A DNA stretch of 59,352 bases, filler included, from Dimargaris cristalligena (taxonomy: Eukaryota), in assembly GCA_003614675.1 (NCBI GenBank). It is 4 parts of 4 records of this genome, joined end to end, with 100 filler letters (N's around TTAATTAATTAA, not from the genome) between each part and the next. Parts side by side here need not be neighbours in the genome. Positions count along the whole stretch, not along the records: positions 1 to 14,770 come from ML002935.1; 3 more parts are not named here. One strand, given 5' to 3'. Positions 1 to 11,842 of the stretch are shown piece by piece. Each line of letters begins with the position of its first letter. Within the stretch, counting starts at the first letter, position 1. The notes beneath the pieces were generated by a model. It saw only the letters and a list, made by a program, of their open reading frames with translations. It made no database searches and was not told where the DNA came from. Position numbers and translations under genes: made by a program.

Positions 1-3000
1 GTAATAAGTATTGCCAATAAATAACAAAACGTCGACGGCATCTATCAACGATAATGGGCAGCAGCAACTATAGCAGATGGACTGTCGAGTTTAGGGAATA
101 CGAATGGGGGAATTCTCAGTTCGCGTTATTAGGGGTGTCTATCGAAGCGCGAGACGGTCTTCCCGAATAAGGTTGTGAAGACTGAGGAGCTCTCACTACA
201 AGGAGGGGACCCTTACCAGTAGTATCTGGCGGGTGGAAATAAGAATCAATCAGCTAAAGAATACCACACTTGGTATAGGTTACAGGGGCTAGTATGCCCC
301 CACTGAAGGTCCACGGGCTCTAAATCACCTTGAGCCCTTCCAGAAATTTGGTACAAAAGAGACGAAAAACCCCGATTATACCAGCGAGCTATACTCCAAG
401 TGGGTTTTCAACGCTTCTATTTTCAAGCACAATGATTGCTATTTGCGTTGTAGTAATAATTTTGTTATGCAGTCATCAAATGCCGCCCAAGGATGCTGTG
501 TATTCATGAAAAAACATTTAGTTATTCAGCATTTTACACGCCCTCCTCAGCACAGCACGGATGATTTAAGATCATACAAATCACACCGTTCTATTATAAT
601 AATAGCCATGGCTGTCTCTGATTTACATCTTGTTTAATATCGAATGATTATTATGGCGGCATGGTGGTGCTCAATTAGATCAACGATGTGGGGAACAGAA
701 CCCCGCCCCCAGTAGTATGGTAAACCTTGGAGCTCTAAAGCCGACAGTTGGTTACAGGTTATACCTGTATTCCCTCCACAAGCTCCACCGTGACATTGCC
801 AGGCTTGTATTTATTTTTGCACCATCAAATAATGGAGCGGCGCCTTCTACAAAAACCATAACCACAACCATACCCATGGCTATAGGTAATGGCTAGCATC
901 CTTTCTATTTAACAATACCGCTCATTTTGAAGGGCTGGGCCATTGCCAAGAAGTAGAACATGCTAGACCACTGGGACTGCCCCAGCTTTCGTATCCCTAT
1001 GGATGTCCTAACTCTCTTACCCGCTGTTTGGTTGACGGTGTCCTGTAGATGCCCTACAGTGTTCGAAGCGTTTGTTTGCAGACCTGACGTAGCGAGGCGG
1101 TGGACCATCACCACCGTGCACTATTGTTTGCCAGACCTGTGGTGGATATTCAAAGGCAAGGACGATGAGTCAGCGGCATTCTATAACCACGGTTTCGGGT
1201 AGAAGTAGTTAAATGAAAATAAACAAGCATGAGTATAGGCTGAGTAGTTCGGGAACCTCCGCCAGGGGAGCGGGATACGAAGGAGGGGAAGGGTGTGTGT
1301 GCGTGTGGATAGTGGATAGTGGATACGCCTTCTAATGGAAACGTTGGGGATGGGTGGCACTAGTATAACGTAGGTGACTCCATCACTGTTATTGAAAAGT
1401 CGGAGAGATCGACGTGCTATTTTTACTTCCGGCGTAACCAGCGGTATGGGCCAAATGACAGAGGCCCCAAACCCCGGCATTTAGAAGTGCGCGGAACCCG
1501 CTCCAATATGAGACGGGCTGAATAAGCGAAATGCCATAACACAACAAGCCAAACCAAAGCAAGCTAACAAAATAAGCCCTTAATGAAGAACAGGGATAGC
1601 TCGGTGCAACCCCAAAATAATGCCGGATAGCTTTGATCCAGTGTCGGCCACGTATTAGGTGGGAGAGGGGGATGCTTGGGTTACCACTGCACCATGGTGA
1701 CGGTGGCCCCAGACCCGTACCATTCCGCCTGTTTTTATTATTATTTCTTTTGTATCGGGAGGCTCGTTTCGACGCTGTTGCTGGGTGGACCAAAGGAAGA
1801 GGGGAGAAAAAGATTTAGGACTCAGTTCGATCTACCACAACATACACACACAGAGAGAGAGAGAACCTAACCACATCCATGCACAGAGACCATCGTCGAC
1901 ACAGTGGAATGGCTCTCTAGTCTCCCATTGCTATGGCCAAATACAGCCAGCTAGCGCTGGCCAGGGAATGGGAGTAAGTGTGGCTACGCTGGGAGCGACT
2001 GGGACGCCTAGTGAAGCAGAATTCGGGTCAGCAACAGTTGGCCACACTGGGAAAGTGTAATCACAACAAATACGCTATATACAGCAGCCAGGAACGGGCA
2101 GTTTGTCGCTTGGCTTGGCTTGATTTGATTTGACTTGACCCATGTTTGAACTCTTCTGGTATCCACCATTGTTCCTAATGAATCCGGGGCGGTTGGATAA
2201 TGCAACGTGTGAAGGTCAGAGACGGTAATTATAGTAGCCAGTGGGGGGGGGGGCTGATCAGTTTTACTCTGGGTTTAGAGTGTTGTTATTATGGTTTTGG
2301 GTCGGCTGAAATGTGCGGAGGGCTACCCAATCGTTGGCTGGGTGAATGATTGTCGGCGGACTTTGAACCAGCTGCCCCACCAACAGAACCATTCATTTCC
2401 CTCCCGTCCAAATATAGGACTAGAAGAGACTCGTCCCAAATCGGTATCGCCAACTACTGCGTCCCATGCAGCGCGGCTAACCCAGAGGGAATATCCGTCC
2501 TATGCCTATTTGAGGAAACTAGCCAACCGGCTCAGATGTAAGCCCCGACCCACGCAGACGAGAGTGTGTGGAGGAGGAATGGGAAAATCGGGGGGGGGGG
2601 GTTCGTTGAAGCACTAGGGCGGAATTCAATAACAACAATCAAGGGAAAGGGTAAGAATGCCCAGGGCGGGGTGTTGTGTTGTATGGTAAAGGGTAAGCCA
2701 ATTGGGGCCATGGGTATAGTTGAAGATTGGGCTGGTTGGTCGATTAGTGCCTGTTGGTGCAACGCGAGTCCTTCTAAGGCCAGCGGTTAACCCTTGCGAC
2801 GTACTAGTACATCCTCTCTCCACCCCCCGGGTCCGCTATTGTGCGGTTGGTAGGCAGCGGGGCTGTCCACAATGGGCTAAGATCGTATCCCTGATACTGG
2901 CAATCCTTGGTTCATTCGGCGGGGGTCAAGGCAAAAAAAAAGAAGGGGGAAGGGGGTTTTCCCGCTTGTAATGACGGGGTTCATATTCTGAACGAACTCC

Positions 3001-5045
3001 CCGATTCAAACACTCGGACGGGAGTGCGATGTCAACGAACATTTAGTGAAGTAAAACCTTTATGACGGGGTAAAGGGCCCAGGCCTTGTCTCATACGACG
3101 GCTATAATTGGGGACGTGCCAAAGGGGAAAGGAATCGGGTCGGGATACACAGAGGGTGAGGGTCTGGTCATAGAGTATCTGGTGCTGGGAGGGGAAATCA
3201 AAACAACTGCCGAGCCCTGGAGTGAATCAGCGGGGTTGGTCATTGAAGTCCCATCTGTACTCTGTCTGTCTTCCAAGCCCCTTCTCCTCAAGCCATTCCT
3301 TTATAATCCCCGGGTCCCGCCCTCGCTCTGCGACGGGGTTTCTTTTCCTTGGACACGACTGATGCGAGGCATATTAACGCCATTCCTAATCTTATTCTTA
3401 TTTCTATTATTATATCTTCATAATCTCACTATTACTCTTATTATTCATATATCCGTATTTCTTCTATTGTTACCTGTTTAATGACTCTCTCCCTAGATTA
3501 ACTCCCGCCTCGTTTACTTTAATTTTATCCCACTGCCGAGCCCGCTTAATTTCCCCTGCTTTTAATGTCCCTTTAGTAACGAACCCCTCCCCCTCTATTC
3601 CCGTAGGACTACTACTGTTAACGCCCATATACCCCGTATTATACTTATCGGTACCTCCCTCTCCGACTTGTCTCCGGTAGATTAGCCCGGTCCACCCTCC
3701 TTCACTTACATTCCCTTTCGGCCGTCTGTCTACCCTCCCCCTTCTCACTAGCTCCGACTAGTCTGGACTCGAATCCACCACTCTTTGGGATTCGCCTGTT
3801 TTCCAACTCATCTCTTGTTTCCTCTCCTCTCCTCTCCTCTCCTTTCCTTTCATTTTTTCCGGTTTTAAACAGGTGGCAGTTTATTCGCCGACCTTGTGCG
3901 TATTACCCCAGCCCAGTGCCCCTCTTGGCCCTTGAGTAACCAACCTGTCTATTCACCTATACTTCTCCACTGGGTATCCCCGTCTCTGACAGTGCCCATA
4001 CTTCAGCCCGTCGAGTCTTTTGTACTTCCGTTTCATCCTTCGGCCCACTCACACTACTTCTACGAAGTGTTGCGACGTTGTTTTATTGATTTATTTCATT
4101 CGTACATTGTTGTCCCCTTGGGTGAGACAGCCCCCCATTCATTTCTATCCATTTTTTTCTTCTATTGCAGGTGCAGCAACCCGTCCCCCTTATCTGCTCA
4201 CCCCCCCCAACCCCAATCTGTGACTTGAGATATATATATATACAGAGTCAAGTGGATCCAACACCTACAGTGAGCAGCATCAGCCCTGTTGTTCATCGTT
4301 TCAATCCGGTCCCTATATTATTACTGGCCTCTGCGGTTTAGCCAACTCCGCCCGAGCCACCCACGTGATTAACTCCAACTTAGTGAGCGGTTCTGTTCCT
4401 GTTTCGAAGCACCTTCTCCTTGCTACTCATTGTGTGTGTCCCAGGCATAGTAACGGTCTCTCCCCACATCTCCAGCGCCGTCCGTATTGCCACAGTGGCT
4501 GTTATTGCATTCGGGATTCAGTCGTGCCGCCACGCTCGGAGGGTCACACCATTTTGCTTCTGACCACTACCGCTTTCCCCCTAATTTTTAAGCTTTTGGC
4601 ACGTTCCCCCGCATACATTCGGCCCTGTGTCTATATGCGCCAACCCCTGACCTACTCCTTATAAAGCTCGCAGACCGCCCCCCCTCTCTCGCCGCCCTTG
4701 CATTTCCCCACATCTGTTTATCCTTCGTTCGGTGCATTCCGTTGAATCGCCAATGTCAATGTGTCACTGAATTATATCCATCTGTCCCCCTCCCCTCGCC
4801 TCGCCTTCATCTCCGCCTATCTTTATCCCTATTATTTATCCCTCTTTCTACGTCTAACCCGTTCATGACTCCTCCTCCTCCTATTTTCTTATTATACTCC
4901 TCTTCCCGCCTCGCTGTCTAATCGTCGTGCTTCTTATATTTCGCGCCCGTTAATTTCCCTCTAGTCTACTCTATCCGACTCTTCCCTACAACTGCTCTTC
5001 CTTCGCCCCGTTCCCTCTCATTTGGATCGGATCATACTGCCCAGC

Positions 5046-6989
5046 ATGGCCGTGTCCACCGCCCAGCTGCTCGAGTCCCATGCATCGACCCACTGCCCGT
5101 TCTCCCCGCTGCCCTCCCGCCCGGCGGAAGCCCCCTGGGCCCCCCGCATTGCTGTGGGGGAGGGTGGTGCCTTGGCCGCATTCCCCAGCGTCTCCCCCAC
5201 CAATGTCTTGTACGATGCCCCTTGGATGAAGCGGCGCTCTTGCCCCCTTCCCGGAATTATCCCCTCTCTGATTGGTCTGGATCGGCCTGGCCATAAGGAG
5301 GCCGCTGCCCTTCCCGTGAGCACTTCCTTCATGTACTCCCCTCCCCGCCTTTATCCCCGCCGGATGACCTCTTCCCTATCCATCGTATCTTCCACTTCCT
5401 TGGCTTCCACCATCGTCGATACTCCGTCTGACTCCGCCGTGTCCGTCTCCAACTTCCATTCCGCTCTCGTGTCTCTCTCCCCGCCCCCCGTTTCCGCCGA
5501 AGCGCACTGGGAGTCGGTGACCCCCAGGTGCTACCCCGTCCCCGCTGCGTCCATTGGTCCCCTTAAGCGCAAACGTCGCTCGTCCAACCAACTCCTCGCC
5601 GTCACCGCCGACACCATGTGCCAGACCCTTTCGTTTTCCTACAGTGATGCTACGGATTTGTCTATTTCCCGACCCTCCCCCACCCGCTATACCGGCCATA
5701 CCCCATCCAAGAAGCGCTCTTTCGAACGGGTTCCCTTCCACCCCCCCGTCCCCTCCCTGCCCCATCCTAACGTGTCTTCCCCATGCTGCTGTGGGCCGGC
5801 CAGTCGATCCCTCCGGACTCTCCTGGACAAGGCCCCCCACCACGGTATTCATTCGCACTTTCTGACCGCCCAGCCCTTCGAATCCATCGCTTCCCCTCAC
5901 TCCGATTACTTTCTCAAAAATCGCCCCCCGGTCTTGGCCTGTGTGGCCTCCTCCTCCTCCACCCTCTCGGTGGATTCCGCGTTTCCCGCTGCCCAGCCCC
6001 AGTCGGTCACCCCTAACCAGACAGGTCTCCACCACACGGTTCGTCTGGGCCTAGTAAATCGCATCATTCAAATCAACGATCACGAAGACCTCCAGTACCA
6101 TTCGGAAACCGTCTACACGGCCATCACCTATATGGATCGCTATTATAGCGCCCTGACCGGTCCCACGGATCCCAAGTCACCCCTAACATTGCCCAGTACC
6201 CTGATCTCCATGTGTTCATCGCGGGCCTACTGCAGCTCCTACGGGGCCACCTTTGACCAACAGCTCATTGCCGTAACCTGTCTCTACTTGGCCGCCAAAT
6301 TCAGCGAAGACTGTTACGTTCCGTCCGCTCGCACTTTTGCCCAGTTTCTAACCATGTACCAGTGCTCCACCAGCGACGTCATTGCCGCCGAAAAACACAT
6401 TTTAGATACCCTCGACTGGAATTTATTCGTCATCACCCCTCACGCCATCGCCGAGGAATTGCTGAAATGCCTGACCTGCAGTTGCAACTGGGGCCGAACG
6501 GCGGAATCTAACCCTAAGCCATATGAAGGGCCCCAGGATTACCCCAGTCCCTGCGAGTCCCAGCCCGACGCCAGCCCATCCCTACAAAATGGCCAAATGT
6601 ATCCCATGGTGCCCGTACCTTCATTACCATCCCCCGCTCCCTGGTCATTGGCATCCGGCGATATCCATGTGGTGTTCCCCAGTCCACGGTGCGCGAGTCC
6701 CCAGGATTTGCAATTCGCCTCGTTATCCCCCACCCTCTACGAAGAATCACTCGAATTTTGGAAGCTAGCGTTGTTGGATCATAGTAATGTGGGTTTATCG
6801 CCTACCCTTATCGCCTTGACTGGACTCCTCAAGGCTTCTCAGTGCATGGGCCATGATTTCCCCATGGCCAGTGCCCTAGAAATTACGAGAGTGTCCTCCA
6901 AGGAGCTCGACAGTTGTCTGCAAACTTTCGAAGATGATTTCTTTTCGGACGAGGACGATGAGGACGATGGTTATCAAATGGATCTCTAA
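5046..6989 (+). CDS. Cyclin-domain protein (intronless, ~647 aa); long Ser/Pro-rich N-terminus, cyclin box, acidic C-terminal tail
   Basis: Long ORF; first ATG at 5046 (the track starts at TTG 5022). Cyclin N-box pattern: RLGLVNRII...ETVYTAITYMDRY...QLIAVTCLYLAAKFSE...AEKHILDTLDWNL..TPH. Subfamily cannot be assigned by eye. Confidence 0.88.
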   Translation: MAVSTAQLLESHASTHCPFSPLPSRPAEAPWAPRIAVGEGGALAAFPSVSPTNVLYDAPWMKRRSCPLPGIIPSLIGLDRPGHKEAAALPVSTSFMYSPPRLYPRRMTSSLSIVSSTSLASTIVDTPSDSAVSVSNFHSALVSLSPPPVSAEAHWESVTPRCYPVPAASIGPLKRKRRSSNQLLAVTADTMCQTLSFSYSDATDLSISRPSPTRYTGHTPSKKRSFERVPFHPPVPSLPHPNVSSPCCCGPASRSLRTLLDKAPHHGIHSHFLTAQPFESIASPHSDYFLKNRPPVLACVASSSSTLSVDSAFPAAQPQSVTPNQTGLHHTVRLGLVNRIIQINDHEDLQYHSETVYTAITYMDRYYSALTGPTDPKSPLTLPSTLISMCSSRAYCSSYGATFDQQLIAVTCLYLAAKFSEDCYVPSARTFAQFLTMYQCSTSDVIAAEKHILDTLDWNLFVITPHAIAEELLKCLTCSCNWGRTAESNPKPYEGPQDYPSPCESQPDASPSLQNGQMYPMVPVPSLPSPAPWSLASGDIHVVFPSPRCASPQDLQFASLSPTLYEESLEFWKLALLDHSNVGLSPTLIALTGLLKASQCMGHDFPMASALEITRVSSKELDSCLQTFEDDFFSDEDDEDDGYQMDL

Positions 6990-7930
6990 TATCAACTCAC
7001 CCACCGCCCACTTCCCCCCTTTCACTTTTCGACTATTACCTCTCCTACTGCTCGTTTGGTCTCATTTGTCTAGTCTTCTCTTTTCTCTCTATCCTCCGCT
7101 TTGGTTAAGGTTTCTGCTGTGTCTGTTGATGTTGTGATTAGCATTGTAGTCTTGTGTTTGTAGTTGTAAACTAAATGAAGAAATTATGTGCCTACACTTA
7201 CTACAAGATCCCTTGAAAATCGATGTATTGAATGCTCCCCTCTTCGTAGCGGGGTAGGATATCAGAAGAAGTCAATCACTTCAAGCCGTTTGGCTATTCT
7301 TCCAAAAAATACAATCAATTGGGATATACACCAGTTGAAGGTGCCCTTATTCTGATATCATGGATGGTAAGGGGGAATATAGTTTAGAGTATCTACCGAA
7401 TAGCATCACCTGTTATATATTCATATACGCCTAAGACCCTGCTGGCGACCACAACGCCATTAGTGTTGATTGTCCCGCTTAATTTACATATTCTCTCATT
7501 TTCCTGTTCAGTTGGTGTCAAAATGTCAAACGTTTATTTATTCCAAGGGTCTTTTACCATTCTAAATAGTTCAGTTAAGTCAAAGACCTTCTGGGAAACA
7601 TTATATTGATCAGTTCAATGGGTGTGCTGGGTCCCAAAGTACACCTTTACTAATAGCATCAGGCCAGACTAAACTATAAAATGGCCGGTTTAACCATCTA
7701 CACAAATGGCTTGGGGCTACACCAGTTTATAATTAAAGCTAACTAGTATTTGGCCGATCCACGCAAGCATGCATCATATATGTTTTACAGGTAATTCGTT
7801 ACCTGCAGCCTAGTGCCTTATTCATAATGGAACATCATTTGAATATTCCCTGGCTAACCTAAATGTAAAGAATATCTTATAAATATATTCAGTTATTAGT
7901 AGTAGGGTATTCCAATAGTATGCCTATTAC

Positions 7931-8077
7931 ACATGGGTGAAGTGCAGCTCGGCTGTATAAGGTTTTAACTAATATATGTATATGGGAAAATCAGTGGGAT
8001 GTTTATTTTCAACCAGTAGTATTTGCCTCATCAAATGGGTTTTTCGTTATACAGCCTTGTTGAACTACTCCCACATG
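7931..8077. mobile_element. MITE-like element, copy 1 (~145 bp, imperfect ~30-bp terminal inverted repeats)
   Basis: Left end catgggtgaagtgcagctcggctgtataa and right end ttatacagccttgttgaactactcccacatg are approximate reverse complements. The interior aligns with 22348-22479. Confidence 0.65.
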
Positions 8078-8199
8078 CTATCTACTATTGATCCACCAAG
8101 AGCCCGAGTAGGTAGAGCCCTATCAGCTATAGTACTGTGGGAACCCTTAACTGACATTTGCTACTCAATAGGTAAAAGTGAGATGAATAGTGACAGTTG

Positions 8200-10950
8200 C
8201 ACATTTACTATTGAGGGGGCGAATATATAAGGGTTTAGCAGATTAACTAGATATACTATAGGCAAAGAAACTGACAGGATGTGACCTAGGCAGGGTAGTA
8301 ATGCACTCCGATAATACAATGGGGTTGCCCTGATAGGAACATTGATGAATATTAAAAATGATGAAAGAGACTAGTCTGTGGCTGTTAGTATTTAGAGGAA
8401 TCTGATGGAGACAGGAATCTTCAGAGCCACGCATAAATGTACAGTGTGGAGTCCAATAATAGCCACTGGAGCATGTATTAGATGATCCCTATGGTAGCAG
8501 GTATTGCCATGGGAAGGTGGTATGTTATAATCAGGTCTAATATAGGTGAGCCTTGCTCAAAGGCCTTGTCCGAACTCCATTGAATAACTCAATACAACAT
8601 TCAGGACTTCAGTCTACTTTGCCTATTTTTTTCATCTAACTTAATAAAAACTACATCTAAGCATTTTTCTGTACTACTTGGGGCTCTGTTTCTTCTAACA
8701 TCCTTTTAGAATTGTGCCAGGAAGATCTTGTGTTAACCCCTCAATTTATAAATCCTGTAGATATGACTTGTGTAACCCTAAGGACCATCTAGAGTCACAA
8801 TGGGTAGCTGGCTCCTGAATAATTAATCACATTGGGCTTGGCTGTTGATAGTCCCCTGAATTGTGATTCTATTAGTGTGATTATCCCAGCTGACACAGTT
8901 AAGTATTATAGGCATTAGATAATATTTTACTTGGACCAGACCACTTATTGAACCAAAGATTTAATAATAGAAATATCAATTTTACCTCTTCTTGTAAGTT
9001 GAGGACAGGTATATTCCATTGTAATGGTTTTATTTTGCAAAATAGGAGTGGGTTAACAAAGTTCAGAGAGTGAACAAAAGGTAAATTGCTAATTGATAGG
9101 GGACCTAGGTTAAAGTGAGCTCTAGTATTATCTGATATTAAAAAGATACTGGGAAAAAAGGGGCTGGTGTATAAGTATATTGACCAGACTAAGAGAGAAA
9201 AGCACACTGGATTATAAATTGCACACTATTACAGGGAAAACCAGTAAAAAATGATGTAAATTGGCCCCCTCTGGATTAAATATCCCAGCATTACTAGTAA
9301 AAAAATATGGACTGAAAGGTGGCTATATTCAATTAGGTTATGGAGGCTAATTTAGATCTACTGGGAAATTAATGTTATAGTGTTTAACTATATATATAAT
9401 ATTAGATAATACAGTGAAAAAAGAAAAATAATGGAATTAGTCTAAATAATAATGTATTAAACTCTGTAGTATAACTGTTACCTAGTTAACCACTCCTAGT
9501 CTGTTAAGAGTCCCAAGGATAGGCTTCTAACAGTAGGTGGGGCTTAGACTCAGCCAAGTAGGCTACTAGTATTAGGTACAGGGCTTGGTACTAACTAATA
9601 AAGGCTAAGTATAGGTATATACAAGGGATATGCAGTAAACATACTTACTAGTCAGTATGAGGGGGAATGAGTATATGTTGGGGTTAGTGATTGTGGGGAT
9701 CCCACTTCCCTTATCACTGTGTGCAGTGTTCAAAGGTCCTTTGATCATGACACTCGTCTGCACTCTTGCTCTGTCATCTGAAGACATAGTAAAAAAATAG
9801 AAGTGGCTTTATTTAAAGAATACAAGAGTGGTAGTAATAGTGATATTTCCTTAAGAATGGATGATGATGAATTATCATTTTTCTTCAAAACAGCAGGATA
9901 TTGCTGGGTTTATGTATCCCCTGGTCTCTCTATCCACCCATTGAACAAACTAATAACATATTATTTCTTGATTTGTCCATCTGCTGAGAAACTTTTCCTT
10001 TAACAAAGGACAATTCCTTTCATCTTAGGATCAGTTGCAATATTCATCAAATAAAAATATAATAACTTATTTGAATAAACCAAAATAATAAAATATATAT
10101 TATAATAAACAAGTACATGATTTCATAATGCTGACTTCAATTAACTTGTCATTATTAGCTCATTATCAACACAAATTTGGAATCAGATAACCATTTTGTT
10201 TACTATTGGCCAGATTATCTGTGTGTGCCATTACTATCAATTCCCATGGCACTATATATATATAGAGTTTATTGGGGTAAACTAGGGGGTAAGAATAAGC
10301 TAAGGAATTTAGCTAGTCCCAATAGGGCCTAGTTATATATATGTAGGGATAACTCCAGAGGAAGGTCCCAAGGTAATGATACTACTAAGGATATAGGACA
10401 AGTAAATAGGCTAACTAGATAGCCATTAGTATTTAGAAGACTCTGATGGTAACTGGAAAAGTCTAATAGGTTAGCACTTGAGTGATAAGTGTAAATAGGT
10501 GAAGTCCAGAAGGGGAAACATTATATATTAAGGAATGACCCCATAGTACTGGGGGTGACTATATAAAAGCTAATATGGCACTATAAGACCGAATATAGTT
10601 GGACATCTAAGCCAGCCAGATTAAGGTGGATTAGATGGTCTGATAAGGACGAAATTCAACCACAGTGTACAAGGATATAAAGGATATAAAGGAAGATAAT
10701 TGTGACATTTACTGATATCTTGTCTTCTTGCCCAAAGGGTTATTCACATTAACAAAACAGTCCAGCCCTTCTGCATACTACTGCAATAATACCCAATCAA
10801 TTAGAAATACATGTCTTCAATACTAGCATCCAGCTAAAAGGGTTTGCTGATATATTGACTTATGCTCCCCTCCGTGAACTAAGAGGGCCCCTAATATCAT
10901 TCCCACTTATTATTAGTATACTCTAAAATTTTCCTCCATATTACAATAAT
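8200..10950. repeat. AT-rich, CpG-depleted degenerate repeat / probable transposon relic with an internal diverged duplication
   Basis: About one CG dinucleotide seen in 8580-10580 (at 9755). ~8385-8550 resembles ~10415-10600 (ttagtatttagaggaatctgatgg vs ttagtatttagaagactctgatgg). Only short, stop-interrupted reading frames. Confidence 0.5.
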
Positions 10951-11842
10951 GTAACCAACCTGAGCATTTCCCCATATTGTTGCACAGTGTCTTAACTACC
11001 CATTGTGGCCATTTTCAAACCCTAATATATTCAAGTCACTTTCTATTATTCTTCCAACTGTAGCGTCTTCGAGTGAACTGGTGGCTATTTGCGCCATTGC
11101 CAACAAACCCATACTTTCATTTGGCCAACATAGTTGAGGGCCTAGCCATTTAATGACCAATAAAAATCTCCCAGGCAAAATGCTTTAGGGAATCGGACGG
11201 GTTTAGTAGGATACCATGCATTGGTCTGGCCATGTCTATGACTCGCTCGCCTAGGCCATACTTTCACGCGAATGGATATTTGGTCAGCCAATTATTTCCC
11301 AGACTCGATAAAAAGAGGACATGTCAATTTTGAGAGGGTATGAGCGCACATCGGTTTTAAGTGTGGCTAAGTTGCACTAGTGGTAGAGTAAGCTGGCCAA
11401 GCCATACACTGCTTTTATAGGTGAAAACATAATAGCATATTAGTCTAAAAACACCAAAAATAATCAATATTACATAGGCTGAATAAAGTAAAATGCTGCT
11501 AAAAATACCAATTAAACGGTAAATAAAGCATTTCTAGATGTTACTGGCGCCTACTTCTACGCTTGTAAGCCGTACATATTTATTAAAACCTGTAAGTTAC
11601 AGCAAAGAGTATTTGACAATCATTAGCCATAAATTTTTTAAGGAGGAGGCAGTAGCAGGAAGGGAGAAAACGAAGCAAGTGTCCTTATGAAGAAGGGTAG
11701 TAGGGAGGCGAGCAATCATGCCATTTATAGGGCATAACTAAGGGTAGAAGAAAAATGAAAAGAAGGTACCATGGAAGTATACCCTAGGGCAAACGCTAAA
11801 GTCTGACCAAAGTCGGAGCATTAATTTCAGGTGGGAACCCTA

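Noticed and set aside
5376..6035. Long antisense/overlapping ORFs (also 17923-18447, 26652-27266, 27582-28193)
   Set aside because: Shadows of GC-rich real CDSs; no recognisable motifs.
9640..10040. Possible hAT transposase C-terminal fragment (W...YP.L pattern)
   Set aside because: Similarity too weak to name a family; kept only as an unclassified relic.
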